From positions 314,400 through 378,399 of the forward strand of contig CAVSHB010000003.1 of assembly GCA_963727775.1 (NCBI GenBank): 64,000 bases of DNA, in the 5' to 3' direction. A program made the position numbers and the translations under genes. Source of the stretch: an uncultured Nitrospiraceae bacterium. GTDB taxonomy: Bacteria; Nitrospirota; Thermodesulfovibrionia; Thermodesulfovibrionales; SM23-35. Shown here one piece after another: positions 27,689 to 37,354 of the stretch; the first letter of the stretch is position 1, and each line of letters opens with the position of its first letter. The notes beneath the pieces were generated by a model. The model was given only the letters and a program-made list of their open reading frames with translations, was not told where the DNA came from and did not search any database.

Positions 27689-28702
27689 TTACAGTGATTC
27701 AAGCCAGCCTATGATATCATTGTTGTGTTTGATAAGATGCTGCAGGTTCTCGACCTTGCATGCTGGCGCACAAGTCGAAAGGGCCTTACGTTTCATCTCA
27801 AGATCGATTTCCACATATGCATGGGTAGTATCGAGATTGACATGGCCGAGCCAGTTTTTGATTACAGTGAGATCAACCCCCGACTGGAGCAAATGCATAG
27901 CCGTTGTGTGGCGGAACGTATGGGGGCCAACTTTCTTTTTAGCGAGACTGGGACATTGCTCTGTGGCGGCAGAAATTCGCGCCCGGATTATATAGCGCAC
28001 TCCGAACCGCGTCAACGGGTATCCTCTGGAGTTTATGAAGACGTTATTCAGAGCAACTGTAAAATGTCCCCGCTCTGCAATATATGATTTTAACAGCGTT
28101 GCTGTTTCAGGCCACAGAGGAACTTGTCTGGTTTTACGACCCTTGCCGGTAATAATCGCGAGCGGCGGCGGTTCGAAATGAACATGCTCCATGCAAAGAT
28201 CGCAAGCCTCCTGGACGCGGGCTCCCGTATTATAGAGGAAGTTTAACAGAGCATAGTCTCGCCTGCCGGATGCTTTTTTGCGGTCAATGCAGTCTATGAC
28301 AGCCTTTACTTCATTAATCTCAAGATACTCCATCATTGGATGAGAAGATTGTTTAAGTGGGATCGAGATAACTCTTTGATATTGGCTGGCATGCAGAGTG
28401 TCTTGCGTTATAAGATATTCGAAAAAGGTGCGCAAAGCGCTGAGCCGAAGATTTCTGGTTGCTACAGTGCACCGGCGTGTTTTCTCTATATGGATCAAGA
28501 ACGCAAGAACGTTTTCGGCACTCAGATCATCAAGCGATAGTTTTGAGGTGCGGCTTTGGATATGCTTTGATAAAAAGGCCAGAAAAAGTTTGATCGCATC
28601 CCTATAGGCCAAGACGGTATTACTGCTGAGTCCGCGATGGGCTTTGAGATAATCCTGGAAGAACTTTTGGACGTAATGCATCAATATTTCAGATTTGTTC
28701 AT
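27689..28702 (-). CDS. tyrosine recombinase, third gene of the trio
   Basis: 337 aa; ARVQE, HTFRHTTAMH, GHVNLDTTHAY. Confidence 0.85.
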   Translation of the reverse strand: MNKSEILMHYVQKFFQDYLKAHRGLSSNTVLAYRDAIKLFLAFLSKHIQSRTSKLSLDDLSAENVLAFLIHIEKTRRCTVATRNLRLSALRTFFEYLITQDTLHASQYQRVISIPLKQSSHPMMEYLEINEVKAVIDCIDRKKASGRRDYALLNFLYNTGARVQEACDLCMEHVHFEPPPLAIITGKGRKTRQVPLWPETATLLKSYIAERGHFTVALNNVFINSRGYPLTRFGVRYIIRARISAATEQCPSLAKKKVGPHTFRHTTAMHLLQSGVDLTVIKNWLGHVNLDTTHAYVEIDLEMKRKALSTCAPACKVENLQHLIKHNNDIIGWLESL

Positions 28703-29694
28703 TGCCGACCTCCTCTCAGAAGATTGTCTGATTTATAGACATGTTCGTAAAACTTCTTCCCGGCGGTTGCTAAAAGATCGGCCGCTGGATGCAAATAAAC
28801 CTGGGTGTCCCTGATATGGACATGCCCAAGGTATGTTGCAAGTAAAGGCAGAGAGGCGTTAGGATCCTTTCCTTGCTGGTAAACTTCATTCAGATATCTG
28901 GTAGCGAATGCATGCCTGAAATCGTGCAGGCGAGGGGTATTGCCTTGAGCAGTTATGATGCCTGATTGTCGTATCAGAACTATGAACGTGGACTCGACGC
29001 CACTGTAGGAGCATCTCTTTGAATGTATATTTATAAAGAAGGGAGCACCGGGTCTTTGGTCATAGCCGTGTTCTGCACGAAGTTGTCTGTATGTTTCAAG
29101 AGCAGCGGCAGAAGATAGTGTCAACGGGACAAGTCGTGACTTGAAGAATTTGCTTTCCCGGATATGCAAAACAGCGTTGTCCGTATCAACGTCTTCTAAA
29201 TTCAGCTTCAGAGCTTCTCTAATCCGCAGGCCGGATACCCACAAAAGCGAAATCAATGTGCTATAGGTGTGGGGGCGCAATGAACCACGAGGATTAAGCA
29301 TTCTTGCCAACCTGATCAATTTCATTGCCTCTTCAGTCGTATAGATATGGGGCAGTCTGATAGTTGGCCCTCGTTTAATCAATCTTGATTCTGGAACGTA
29401 ATTATCCGGGTTGAGCTGAAATAGGAACCGGCAGAACTGGCGCAAATGTATAAACCGAAGATATAAGGTAGATGCATGCAGGTGTTTGGCCGCTTGAAGG
29501 TAGCTGACTATCATTGGCTTCGTCACAGTTTTCGCATCTGGAAAGTATCGGGCTAAATAGAAATTGAATTTATTCAGGGTGTACTCGGCGTCTTTAAGAA
29601 TACGGCCAAGTGACCGGCGCAGCTGCAGATATTGGTTAATAAAAATACTGAATGGTCCGTTTGATAGTTTTTTCATGACAAAACCTCCAGCCAT
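28699..29694 (-). CDS. tyrosine recombinase, second gene of the trio
   Basis: 331 aa; GLRIREA, HDFRHAFATR, GHVHIRDTQVY; 4-nt overlap with the next gene. Confidence 0.85.
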   Translation of the reverse strand: MAGGFVMKKLSNGPFSIFINQYLQLRRSLGRILKDAEYTLNKFNFYLARYFPDAKTVTKPMIVSYLQAAKHLHASTLYLRFIHLRQFCRFLFQLNPDNYVPESRLIKRGPTIRLPHIYTTEEAMKLIRLARMLNPRGSLRPHTYSTLISLLWVSGLRIREALKLNLEDVDTDNAVLHIRESKFFKSRLVPLTLSSAAALETYRQLRAEHGYDQRPGAPFFINIHSKRCSYSGVESTFIVLIRQSGIITAQGNTPRLHDFRHAFATRYLNEVYQQGKDPNASLPLLATYLGHVHIRDTQVYLHPAADLLATAGKKFYEHVYKSDNLLRGGRQ

Positions 29695-30611
29695 TCACAC
29701 GCCACAAGACGAAGGTGTTTGAGATCGACTTTTGTATAGATGAAGGTGGTGTTTATAGATTTATGCCCCAACAAATCAGCTATCGTCTTGATAGGGGTTT
29801 CATGTTCCATCAGTCGTGTCGCAAAGGCATGCCGTATGGCATGTGCACTCGCAGCGATACCTGCACTACGGAAAAATCTCTGCATTAAGACCGAAAGAGC
29901 AACGGCCCTCAGAGGCATAAGGTTATCAATAGTAAGAAACACTTCTGGATAGGTAGCCTTACCACGTGTTTCCCGTATATAGGCAAGCAGCGCATCTGCA
30001 ACCTTTGGGTAAAGAGGGAAAGTTAAAGGGTTACCGCCCTTGCTCGGCTGAATATGGATTAAGCCTTTACGCCAGTTTATGTCCTGCAACAGGAGTTTTA
30101 CTACCTGACCTATTCGCACCCCATATGTCGCCAATAGTTGTAATACTGCATAAGTCCTTCTGCCACGATGAGTTTCACGATCGGTACCAGCAAGAAGTTT
30201 TTCGACAGACTCCCATGGGATACTGCGAGGAACTCTCCCTAATTTGGGGGTTACAATAACTGGGACAGCGTCTGTAAGGTTTTGATGGACATATCCTTTG
30301 AAATGGCAAAACTTTAAGAAGCTTCGAATTGATGTAACAACATGTTTTTGACTTGGACGGTTCATGTGTTTAGCCGTCTTGATAACGTAATCGTGAATCT
30401 CCTTTCCTGATATCTTCCCGATATCTTCCGAATCATTTTGTAGTCTCAGTGATCTCAGAAAAGGCCCAACATCATTCCTTCGAAAACGGATGGTCTTTTC
30501 TGAAATGCCCCGATGCTTGAACAAAAAATCCAGATACTCACTGAGCAGCTTCGATTGGTACGCCCCAACGCAGATACATTCCTTTTGCTCTTGAGACACA
30601 ACCATATGCAC
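29673..30611 (-). CDS. tyrosine recombinase, first gene of the trio
   Basis: 312 aa; GVRIGQV, HAIRHAFATR, GHKSINTTFIY. Confidence 0.85.
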   Translation of the reverse strand: MHMVVSQEQKECICVGAYQSKLLSEYLDFLFKHRGISEKTIRFRRNDVGPFLRSLRLQNDSEDIGKISGKEIHDYVIKTAKHMNRPSQKHVVTSIRSFLKFCHFKGYVHQNLTDAVPVIVTPKLGRVPRSIPWESVEKLLAGTDRETHRGRRTYAVLQLLATYGVRIGQVVKLLLQDINWRKGLIHIQPSKGGNPLTFPLYPKVADALLAYIRETRGKATYPEVFLTIDNLMPLRAVALSVLMQRFFRSAGIAASAHAIRHAFATRLMEHETPIKTIADLLGHKSINTTFIYTKVDLKHLRLVACEWLEVLS

Positions 30612-31062
30612 CTCCTCGTTAATGTAGATATTTCAGTGAGGAGTATATCTATTATCAACTTATTATTATGTGGAGTAAATTTTTTCAGAATACTTATTTG
30701 ATAAGGAGTTAAGGCTGCTACTTCACATAACGGGGAACTCCACATAATGGCTGAAAGAGAGATTTTGAAATCGGACCCGATTGTGTTTCTTTCTGGATGT
30801 ACTGCGCCGCAATGATTTTTTCTCGGGTGTGAGGATTTCTTTTGAAAAGTGTGAGGGCCCTGATTCGACCGTGGTGTCAGGTAGTAGGTGTTACCAACAA
30901 AGGGATGGTGCATGGTACGGAGAAAAACATAGAGCCTCGCCTTGTTAAAGGCTTCGGTCTGTTCCTTTGGCCGAACCTGGCAACCTCTCGCCGGAATAGG
31001 TGGCCGGATTCGTCGGAATCTCCATAAGTTCGCTGTTAACCCGATTCATAAAATTTTCGTCT

Positions 31063-31171
31063 GCCGACAAATACAGTATTTGCGCTCATTCTCGGCCCGG
31101 TACAAATCGGGCTTCCGAGGTAAATTCTTTCTTCGAAAGAATATAGCCGCTTAAATACTGCATCTGTCGGC
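31063..31171 (-). repeat. structured palindromic repeat, copy in minus orientation
   Basis: reverse complement carries the AGTATTT..GCGG..ATTCTTTC-GAA-GAAAGAATTT-ACCTCGGAA-hairpin-CGAGAATGAGCGCAAATACT core. Confidence 0.7.
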
Positions 31172-31192
31172 AATCTTAATGAATAATGTAGG

Positions 31193-31975
31193 TTAATAAT
31201 TAGTTTGGAGCGGCGACAAAACGGTTTGTTCTACTGTTTTACATATTTGAGAGGCTGTCTTTTCCCGGTACTCTTCGATAGTTACAGGATCATGTAAAAA
31301 CACCCTGACGTGAATCTTTTTTTGAGAGCTGACCCTAATCGCATTTTCTTTAAAAGATTGAGGCTTGTTCCACGCAATTTCCCTTTCTTCTTTATAATGG
31401 AGGGTCACCGGCAATAAAGAAATATTCGGGTTGAGTTCGACTACCTTAAAAATACCTCTATTAAAAGATATCTTTTCCTGAATGCCGCTGGTCGTTCCCT
31501 GCGGGAAAACAGCAAGTATCCGTCCTGAACAACCGCCGGCAATAGCATTAATCACTCTGAGTCTTTCCCTTGAAGAACTGCGTTCAAAAAAAATAACGCC
31601 TGCCAGTCCTGCGATCTGTCCGATTATCGGATAATACCTTACTTCCGCTTTGCTTACGAACACAGAGCCGAATAAAGCCGATAGAACAAAAATATCGAGA
31701 AAGCTAACGTGGTTTGAAACTATTATAAGGTCCTTTCTTTGCCGGGGAATTCGTGAATCAGCTCCGTATTCAATCTTGACCCGAAAAACTGAGAGGCAGA
31801 TTTTTGAATAAAACTGCACAAGCTTCGGACCGACACCATATCGCCACCTGTAGAAGATGAACAATATCAGAAAATAAAATGGCGCTAGGATAAGGGTAAT
31901 AATCAGACACAAAGCCGTCTTCCAATAAAACATCCACAGACTGTTTTGTATATTTTCCTGCTCCGGCTCCGTCAC
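31193..31975 (-). CDS. lysophospholipid (1-acyl-sn-glycerol-3-phosphate) acyltransferase family protein
   Basis: 260 aa; HX4D motif NHVSFLDI and FPQGTTS. Confidence 0.75.
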   Translation of the reverse strand: MTEPEQENIQNSLWMFYWKTALCLIITLILAPFYFLILFIFYRWRYGVGPKLVQFYSKICLSVFRVKIEYGADSRIPRQRKDLIIVSNHVSFLDIFVLSALFGSVFVSKAEVRYYPIIGQIAGLAGVIFFERSSSRERLRVINAIAGGCSGRILAVFPQGTTSGIQEKISFNRGIFKVVELNPNISLLPVTLHYKEEREIAWNKPQSFKENAIRVSSQKKIHVRVFLHDPVTIEEYREKTASQICKTVEQTVLSPLQTNY

Positions 31976-32187
31976 GTTGACTATTTACCTTCCCATAATC
32001 ATCCCTCTCGGGCGATATTGATAGCTGCGAGTATGCAGTATTTTAATCCATTGAACGACCGATAATAAATCGCCTGCAAATATATCGCACGTCAGACTTA
32101 CGGTGTAAATAAGGAAGAAGGGGTATCCCGTACTTTGAGGATAAAGAATAATCAGGTATACTTTTATAAACTAACCATTTATAACTT

Positions 32188-32640
32188 ATGAGAGAATGTC
32201 ATTTTTCATCAAAGTTAAGCAGCAAATATTATAAAGCTCTTGAGAAATTGCTATTTTTTAACAAGAAACAAGCATTTCTTATTAGAGATATTGAAAAAAG
32301 TATTGAAGAATATGGCGTCCCCAGGATAGTTGCTGATGGAGAAACTTTCCGTATTAAGACTGGTTCAATTAATGATGTCCAAAATTTATTTGCTTTTGAT
32401 AGTGAAACTGAAGATGCTGACCTCATTGGATTTATACTATACTATCGTCCTACTTTAAATAAGATAATTATTCTACACATTGCAGTTGATGAAAACTATG
32501 CTTTTGATGGAAAATTCTCAGATCAGACATTAACAATACAGTTGATCAACAAGGTCAAGGAAATTGCTCTTAAAATCAGAGGTATTGAATTATTAAGCAT
32601 TGCTTATGGAAAAGACTTTACTATTCCTATAAGAGAATAA
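32188..32640 (+). CDS. hypothetical protein in an AT-rich island
   Basis: 150-aa ORF, no family recognised; local GC visibly lower than flanks. Confidence 0.4.
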   Translation: MRECHFSSKLSSKYYKALEKLLFFNKKQAFLIRDIEKSIEEYGVPRIVADGETFRIKTGSINDVQNLFAFDSETEDADLIGFILYYRPTLNKIIILHIAVDENYAFDGKFSDQTLTIQLINKVKEIALKIRGIELLSIAYGKDFTIPIRE

Positions 32641-32987
32641 AATAAATATTCCATATGTCTGTATTTATCAGATCTCATGTTTTCGTTTGAAATATTGCAT
32701 TGAATGTTTCAATTTCAAATCACAACTTCTTCAGAAGAGGAAGGAAGTCGCCCGGCATTAATCGCTGAATATTTCCTCCTGAATTAAACGGGGCATATTT
32801 GAGGGCTGCACCTTATAAATTCGTCTTTATGTGAGTTTCAGATGTATAACTAAGTTTGCAATCCAGTCTCCCATCTTTGTCTCAGTTAGAACATATAAAA
32901 GCGAAACTATAATTATTGTTAAAATAGTCGATAGTAAAAGTAGAAATAATAATATGTTTGATCATATTTCCCATCTTTTTTGTAAGT

Positions 32988-33227
32988 TCAAGCCTCTTTT
33001 TTACAGTTTAGATTTAAGTTCTTTTTTTCAAAATAGTCTCTAATTTCCTCTTCAGTAAACTGGAAATGCTTTAATACTAAGTAGCTGTCCATCCCTTCCT
33101 TTTTTGAAGCCTCAAAAACAATCTCTATCATTTTTTCCACTGGTATATGGGTAGGACAATCTCGGTCAAGTTCAATAGAGATTTCTTTATTAAATTTATC
33201 TTTAAATGATTCCTTCAGATTTTTCAA
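32988..33227 (-). CDS. hypothetical 79-aa protein (TTG start)
   Basis: ORF track; GAGGTG 5 nt upstream of the TTG; follows a 50-aa ORF on the same strand. Confidence 0.35.
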   Translation of the reverse strand: MKNLKESFKDKFNKEISIELDRDCPTHIPVEKMIEIVFEASKKEGMDSYLVLKHFQFTEEEIRDYFEKKNLNLNCKKEA

Positions 33228-33262
33228 GCAGCCACCTCTCTTACCAATTAAACACTACCTCC

Positions 33263-33415
33263 TCATTCTTGTTGTTCCGATAAAAAGTGATATTCTTCTA
33301 TTATCTTTTTAATCAATAAATGTCTCTCGCTTAAAGGGACCGCCAAATAGAAACGCGAATCCATCAAAATTGTTATCACTTCTTTTGTCTTATTTTTGTA
33401 AGTTAGCTTTTCCAT
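33263..33415 (-). CDS. candidate 50-aa ORF MEKLTYKNKTKEVITILMDSRFYLAVPLSERHLLIKKIIEEYHFLSEQQE
   Basis: hand-translated; ends 35 nt upstream of the 79-aa ORF; below the ORF-track cutoff. Confidence 0.25.
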   Translation of the reverse strand: MEKLTYKNKTKEVITILMDSRFYLAVPLSERHLLIKKIIEEYHFLSEQQE

Positions 33416-33670
33416 ATTTGTTCTTAGCAATATCCGAAGAACTCATATACTTATTATTGTCCTTTATGCATAAAAAAGATGTCGGTATCTGTCTGATTTT
33501 ATTATCGGTATTTATGTCATTCTTCTGTAAGTGCATGTCCTACATACGGTGCGCATAAAAGGGAATCCTGATAAGTATTTAGGTGGGTTGTTTCCTGGGC
33601 TGAATGTGGCGTACTTCCTCTTCTAAGGAAGTTATTGAGAGGGGTAGGTAAAAAAGAGAGAACCTATTCT

Positions 33671-33708
33671 AATTAAATAGAAGTGCCTCCACTTATTAGA
33701 AGAGGCAC
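33671..33708 (-). terminator. terminator hairpin downstream of the HU gene
   Basis: minus strand GTGCCTC-12 nt-GAGGCAC, then TTCTATTTAATT; stem sequence shared with the terminator at 8023-8055. Confidence 0.5.
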
Positions 33709-33727
33709 CTTATTAAATTACAATAAA

Positions 33728-34000
33728 TTATTTTACTGCGTCCTTTAAAGCCTTCCCCGCTGTAAATTTAGGTGCTTTCCGAGCAGCAATCTTAATTATT
33801 GCACCTGTTTGAGGATTACGCCCCTTCCGTGCCTTCCTCTTTGAAACCGAGAAAGTCCCGAAGCCCACAAGGGCTACCTTGTTCCCTTTCTTCAGCGTCT
33901 TGGCAACTGCATCAATAAATGATTTAAGAGCCTTTTCCGCTACTGCCTTTGACGCCCCTGAGTCGTTAGCCATTTTTTCTACAAGTTCTGCTTTTGTCAT
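33728..34000 (-). CDS. hup: HU-family DNA-binding protein
   Basis: 90 aa; [11 protein letters not shown]..., [16 protein letters not shown] arm. Confidence 0.92.
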   Translation of the reverse strand: MTKAELVEKMANDSGASKAVAEKALKSFIDAVAKTLKKGNKVALVGFGTFSVSKRKARKGRNPQTGAIIKIAARKAPKFTAGKALKDAVK

Positions 34001-34172
34001 AGAGACCCTCCGTTAATATTTATTGTTAGAAAGTATACCATGCCTGCGTTGAAAAATAGCTATCAGAAACCGGTACAGCCTGCGGGCAATATTCCTTGCC
34101 GGTGCGGCAAATTGACTGAGGGCTCTGATCTGCCCTCATTAAAAACCACAAGAAATTAACAAGTTGCAAAAA

Positions 34173-34188
34173 TGGTATCTATTTTGCG
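34173..34188 (+). promoter_or_regulatory. candidate sigma-54 promoter
   Basis: TGGTAT-CTATT-TTGCG with GG-N10-GC spacing, about 48 nt upstream of the 34235 start. Confidence 0.35.
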
Positions 34189-34234
34189 AGGATGGGGTAA
34201 AATAGAAAAAATCCAATATTAAAAGGAGGTATTT

Positions 34235-35332
34235 ATGATGAGTACATTTCAGAGTAATTGGTACAGGAACTTATGTGCTCTTACATTAGCTTTAACAATG
34301 GTTTTGTTATCGGGCTTATCGGTTTATGCCGCCGGCAACTCCTACCACCAAGATAATCTGGTATCTGATAAAACTGGAGTGGCAGATCATATCGATTTAA
34401 GTCTCGTCAACGCCTGGGGAATTGCCTTTCATCCTAACGGGGTTGCGTGGGTTGCCGACAATGGCACGGGCAAGGCAACAGCCTATGATGGCTTGGGAAA
34501 CAAGGTGACCGAAATAACTGTCCCGCCGCCGGCCGGGAGTCCTCAGGGAACAACGTCAGCACCCACCGGCATAGTCTTCAGTTTTTCAGACTTCGCGGTA
34601 ACCAAGAATAATATTTCCGGTTTGAGCACCTTCATTATTGCGACGGAGGACGGAACTATATCGGGGTGGAATCAAGCCGTCGATGCTGCTAACGCTATAC
34701 TCGCGGTAGACAATTCTTCGACAGGCGCGGTTTATAAGGGGATTGCCATAGCTGCCAACGGAACAGACCGCTTTCTCTATGCTACCGATTTCCACAACAA
34801 CAAGATTGATGTTTTTGATAAAGACTTTAAATCAGCTACACTGCCATGTTCATTCAGCGATCCGAAAATACCGGCCGGCTTTGCGCCCTTCGGTATCCAC
34901 AATGTCAGAGGCAACCTGTATGTTACTTATGCTAAACAAAATGCAGTAAAACATGATGACGTTGCGGGCAGAGGCCTAGGGTTCGTCGATGTTTATAATG
35001 CAAACGGCTGCCTCATCCAGCGCGTTATTAGGCGTGGGCAGCTCAATGCACCATGGGGGGTTGCAGTGGCTCCCGCAGATTTCGGCAAATTCAGCAATAC
35101 GTTGCTGATCGGTAACTTTGGGGATGGCGGTATCAATGCATTTGACATCGGATCGGGTAATTTCCGGGGTACGCTGAGGAGGCCGAGCAACGGGCAACCT
35201 CTTGTGATAGACGGACTATGGGGAATAGCCTTCGGCAACGGTGTCAACAATCAACCGATTAACTCACTGTTTTTTACGGCTGGCCCCAATGGCGAAAGCG
35301 ATGGGCTCTTTGGAACGGTAGAGGCTGAATAA
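34235..35332 (+). CDS. secreted TIGR03118-like repeat protein
   Basis: 365 aa; signal peptide; NAWGIAF, WVADNGTG and LFFTAGPNGESDGLFG segments. Confidence 0.7.
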   Translation: MMSTFQSNWYRNLCALTLALTMVLLSGLSVYAAGNSYHQDNLVSDKTGVADHIDLSLVNAWGIAFHPNGVAWVADNGTGKATAYDGLGNKVTEITVPPPAGSPQGTTSAPTGIVFSFSDFAVTKNNISGLSTFIIATEDGTISGWNQAVDAANAILAVDNSSTGAVYKGIAIAANGTDRFLYATDFHNNKIDVFDKDFKSATLPCSFSDPKIPAGFAPFGIHNVRGNLYVTYAKQNAVKHDDVAGRGLGFVDVYNANGCLIQRVIRRGQLNAPWGVAVAPADFGKFSNTLLIGNFGDGGINAFDIGSGNFRGTLRRPSNGQPLVIDGLWGIAFGNGVNNQPINSLFFTAGPNGESDGLFGTVEAE

Positions 35333-35342
35333 TAGGCCAAAA

Positions 35343-35378
35343 GGGCAGTGTCGAAAAACCACTGCCCTTTTCTTTTTT
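35343..35378 (+). terminator. rho-independent terminator
   Basis: GGGCAGTG-10 nt-CACTGCCC followed by TTTTCTTTTTT. Confidence 0.75.
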
Positions 35379-35427
35379 CCACCGTTCTGTCGAGCACTTG
35401 TGCAACAAATAATCTGAATTAGAGGCT

Positions 35428-36588
35428 TTACGGAAAAGTTGTTTTGACTCTCCTCCCTCTCATTTTTTTCTTTAATTTTGCAATTGCCAATTCAACCGCG
35501 ACTTTCCGTGGATTACAATTGCATTTCAGACTATCTTTCAAAATCATTCTCACATTGTGCGTAATTTTTCTTCTCACGAGATCAAACATCATTTGAGGGT
35601 TGTAACCTATGTATTCCGCGTAAGAAGAGAGTACGCCGCCGGCATTTACCACGATATCAGGCACAACGAGGATTCCTCTCCTAAAAAGTTCTTCTTCTAT
35701 TTCTTCCCGCATCGGTATATTCGCTCCTTCAACAATGATCCCGGCCTTTATTGAGTTTTTATTCCCATCATTTATAACGTCCGTTACTGAAGCGGGTATC
35801 AGGATATCAACGGGCAAACCAAAAATGTCATCATGCTTCAATTTTTCCCCACCGGAATAGGAAGTTACAAACTTGCCTTCTTCCCTTAATACGGTCAGCT
35901 TTCCCTCGTCTAATCCTTTTTCGTGATAAACTGTGCCTTTGATATCGGACACGGCAACGATGTGAGCGCCGAGTTGTCTCAGATATTTAAAAACAAAGCT
36001 TCCCACGTTGCCGAATCCTTCTATCGCCACTTTTGCTTTTTTGATATCCACTCCCGATATCTCGGCTGCAGCTTTTACCGCATGGGCAACACCGAGACCC
36101 GTGCTTCCGAACTCATGAGGTATGCCGCACTTCTTCTCTGAACGCCTGAAGCTTTTCATACACAGATCAGCCGGCTTACCCGTCGCGCTCTGCCAATTTC
36201 CCGCAGCTTCTGCAAACCATTTCATCTCTTTCTCTCCGGTGTTGACATCAGGGCCTGCAACATATTTTAGAGGAGTAAACATCTTGATCGCCCTCGCAAA
36301 ACTCTGGATCAATTCCTTCTTATCTTTTCCGCTCCCGGGATCGTACCTTATGCCTGATTTTGCCCCGCCAAAGGGAATGTCCACCAGGACATTCTTCCAC
36401 GTCATTGCCCTTGCAAGGCGGAAAACTTCCTCTTCCGTAATATCCGGTGTCATTCTGATTCCACCTTTGCCGGGGCCTGATACAGTATTATCGATAATCA
36501 GAATTCCCTCCATCCCGACTATAGAATCATAGACCCTCAGCACATATTCCGGGCCCCAATTATCGGCCATCAAGAAATTATGAATCAT
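35428..36588 (-). CDS. Glu/Leu/Phe/Val-family amino-acid dehydrogenase
   Basis: 386 aa; GPGKGGIRM and PFGGAKSGI motifs, Rossmann GFGNVG. Confidence 0.85.
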   Translation of the reverse strand: MIHNFLMADNWGPEYVLRVYDSIVGMEGILIIDNTVSGPGKGGIRMTPDITEEEVFRLARAMTWKNVLVDIPFGGAKSGIRYDPGSGKDKKELIQSFARAIKMFTPLKYVAGPDVNTGEKEMKWFAEAAGNWQSATGKPADLCMKSFRRSEKKCGIPHEFGSTGLGVAHAVKAAAEISGVDIKKAKVAIEGFGNVGSFVFKYLRQLGAHIVAVSDIKGTVYHEKGLDEGKLTVLREEGKFVTSYSGGEKLKHDDIFGLPVDILIPASVTDVINDGNKNSIKAGIIVEGANIPMREEIEEELFRRGILVVPDIVVNAGGVLSSYAEYIGYNPQMMFDLVRRKITHNVRMILKDSLKCNCNPRKVAVELAIAKLKKKMRGRRVKTTFP

Positions 36589-37304
36589 GAGATGCCCCTT
36601 TGTTTTATTAACTGCATCTTTGCATCGAGTATCATTGCACCCCGAGGATAGAGCGCCACCGGATTCAGATCTATCTCGGCTATCAGGCCGCTGGCCATCA
36701 ATTCTGAAACCAGAACGATAATTCGCAATAGGACATCAAGATCCAGCGCCGGCCTGCCCCTGTAACCCTCAAAAAGCTTAAACGCCTTGAAACGTCTTAC
36801 GAAACTCAGGGCTTCTTCCTTCGTTAAAGGGGCGAGCGCAAAAAGAACGTCCCTAAAGAATTCGACGAAAAGGCCGCCCAGCCCCAGCATCACAACAGGT
36901 CCGAATTGCTCATCAAGCATACCCCCAACGATCAGTTCAAGTCCCGAAGGGGCCATCTCCTCTATGTAAACTCCCTCTGCGTTCTCAAACCGGAGCAGTT
37001 CAATAATTGCATCCTTGAGTTCATGCTTGCTACGGAGGCCGACCTTCACTCCTCCTATGTCACTTTTTGATACTATTTTTGCTGAGGATACCTTAGCGAC
37101 AAGCGGGTAAATAATATCCGGCAGATCAGGCATTCCTGCCGCCTGGTCCCTCGGCACAATTATTCCTTTGGGAATAGGAAGGCCAAGTTCTTTCAGCAAA
37201 GCTTTCACCTTGTATTCGACGAGGAATTCTTCCCCCTTATTCTTTCCAAGGAATTCTTTAAGTGCTTCAAAGGCGGCACCTTTCTCTATCACGCCGGGCA
37301 TCAT
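36585..37304 (-). CDS. ADP-forming acyl-CoA synthetase, beta (ATP-grasp) subunit
   Basis: 239 aa; ATP-grasp-like PLVAKVSS..SDIGGVKVGL; follows the CoA-binding alpha subunit. Confidence 0.8.
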   Translation of the reverse strand: MMPGVIEKGAAFEALKEFLGKNKGEEFLVEYKVKALLKELGLPIPKGIIVPRDQAAGMPDLPDIIYPLVAKVSSAKIVSKSDIGGVKVGLRSKHELKDAIIELLRFENAEGVYIEEMAPSGLELIVGGMLDEQFGPVVMLGLGGLFVEFFRDVLFALAPLTKEEALSFVRRFKAFKLFEGYRGRPALDLDVLLRIIVLVSELMASGLIAEIDLNPVALYPRGAMILDAKMQLIKQRGIS

Positions 37305-37354
37305 AACCCCACCCTTCCTCCCCTTATCTTAAGGGGAGGGGAGGAGGGGTTATG
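37304..37354. repeat. GC-rich imperfect palindrome between the alpha and beta subunit genes
   Basis: ATAACCCCACCCTTCCTCCCCTT-ATCTT-AAGGGGAGGGGAGGAGGGGTTAT. Confidence 0.5.

Larger units (their letters stand above)
27595..30750 (-). mobile_element. recombinase-in-trio (RIT) element
   Basis: three overlapping tyrosine recombinase genes flanked by 31/32-nt identical terminal inverted repeats (CATTATGTGGAGTTCCCCGTTATGTGAAGTA), plus one inner inverted half-site 41-45 nt inside each end. Confidence 0.75.

Noticed and set aside
30455-30913. 152-aa minus-strand ORF spanning the RIT right end, and possible gene fragments at 30760-31010 (FRRIRPPIPARG...)
   Set aside because: It crosses the terminal inverted repeat and overlaps the first recombinase gene. 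No family was recognised, and the RPPIP similarity to 7345-7371 comes from the shared 18-mer DNA word.
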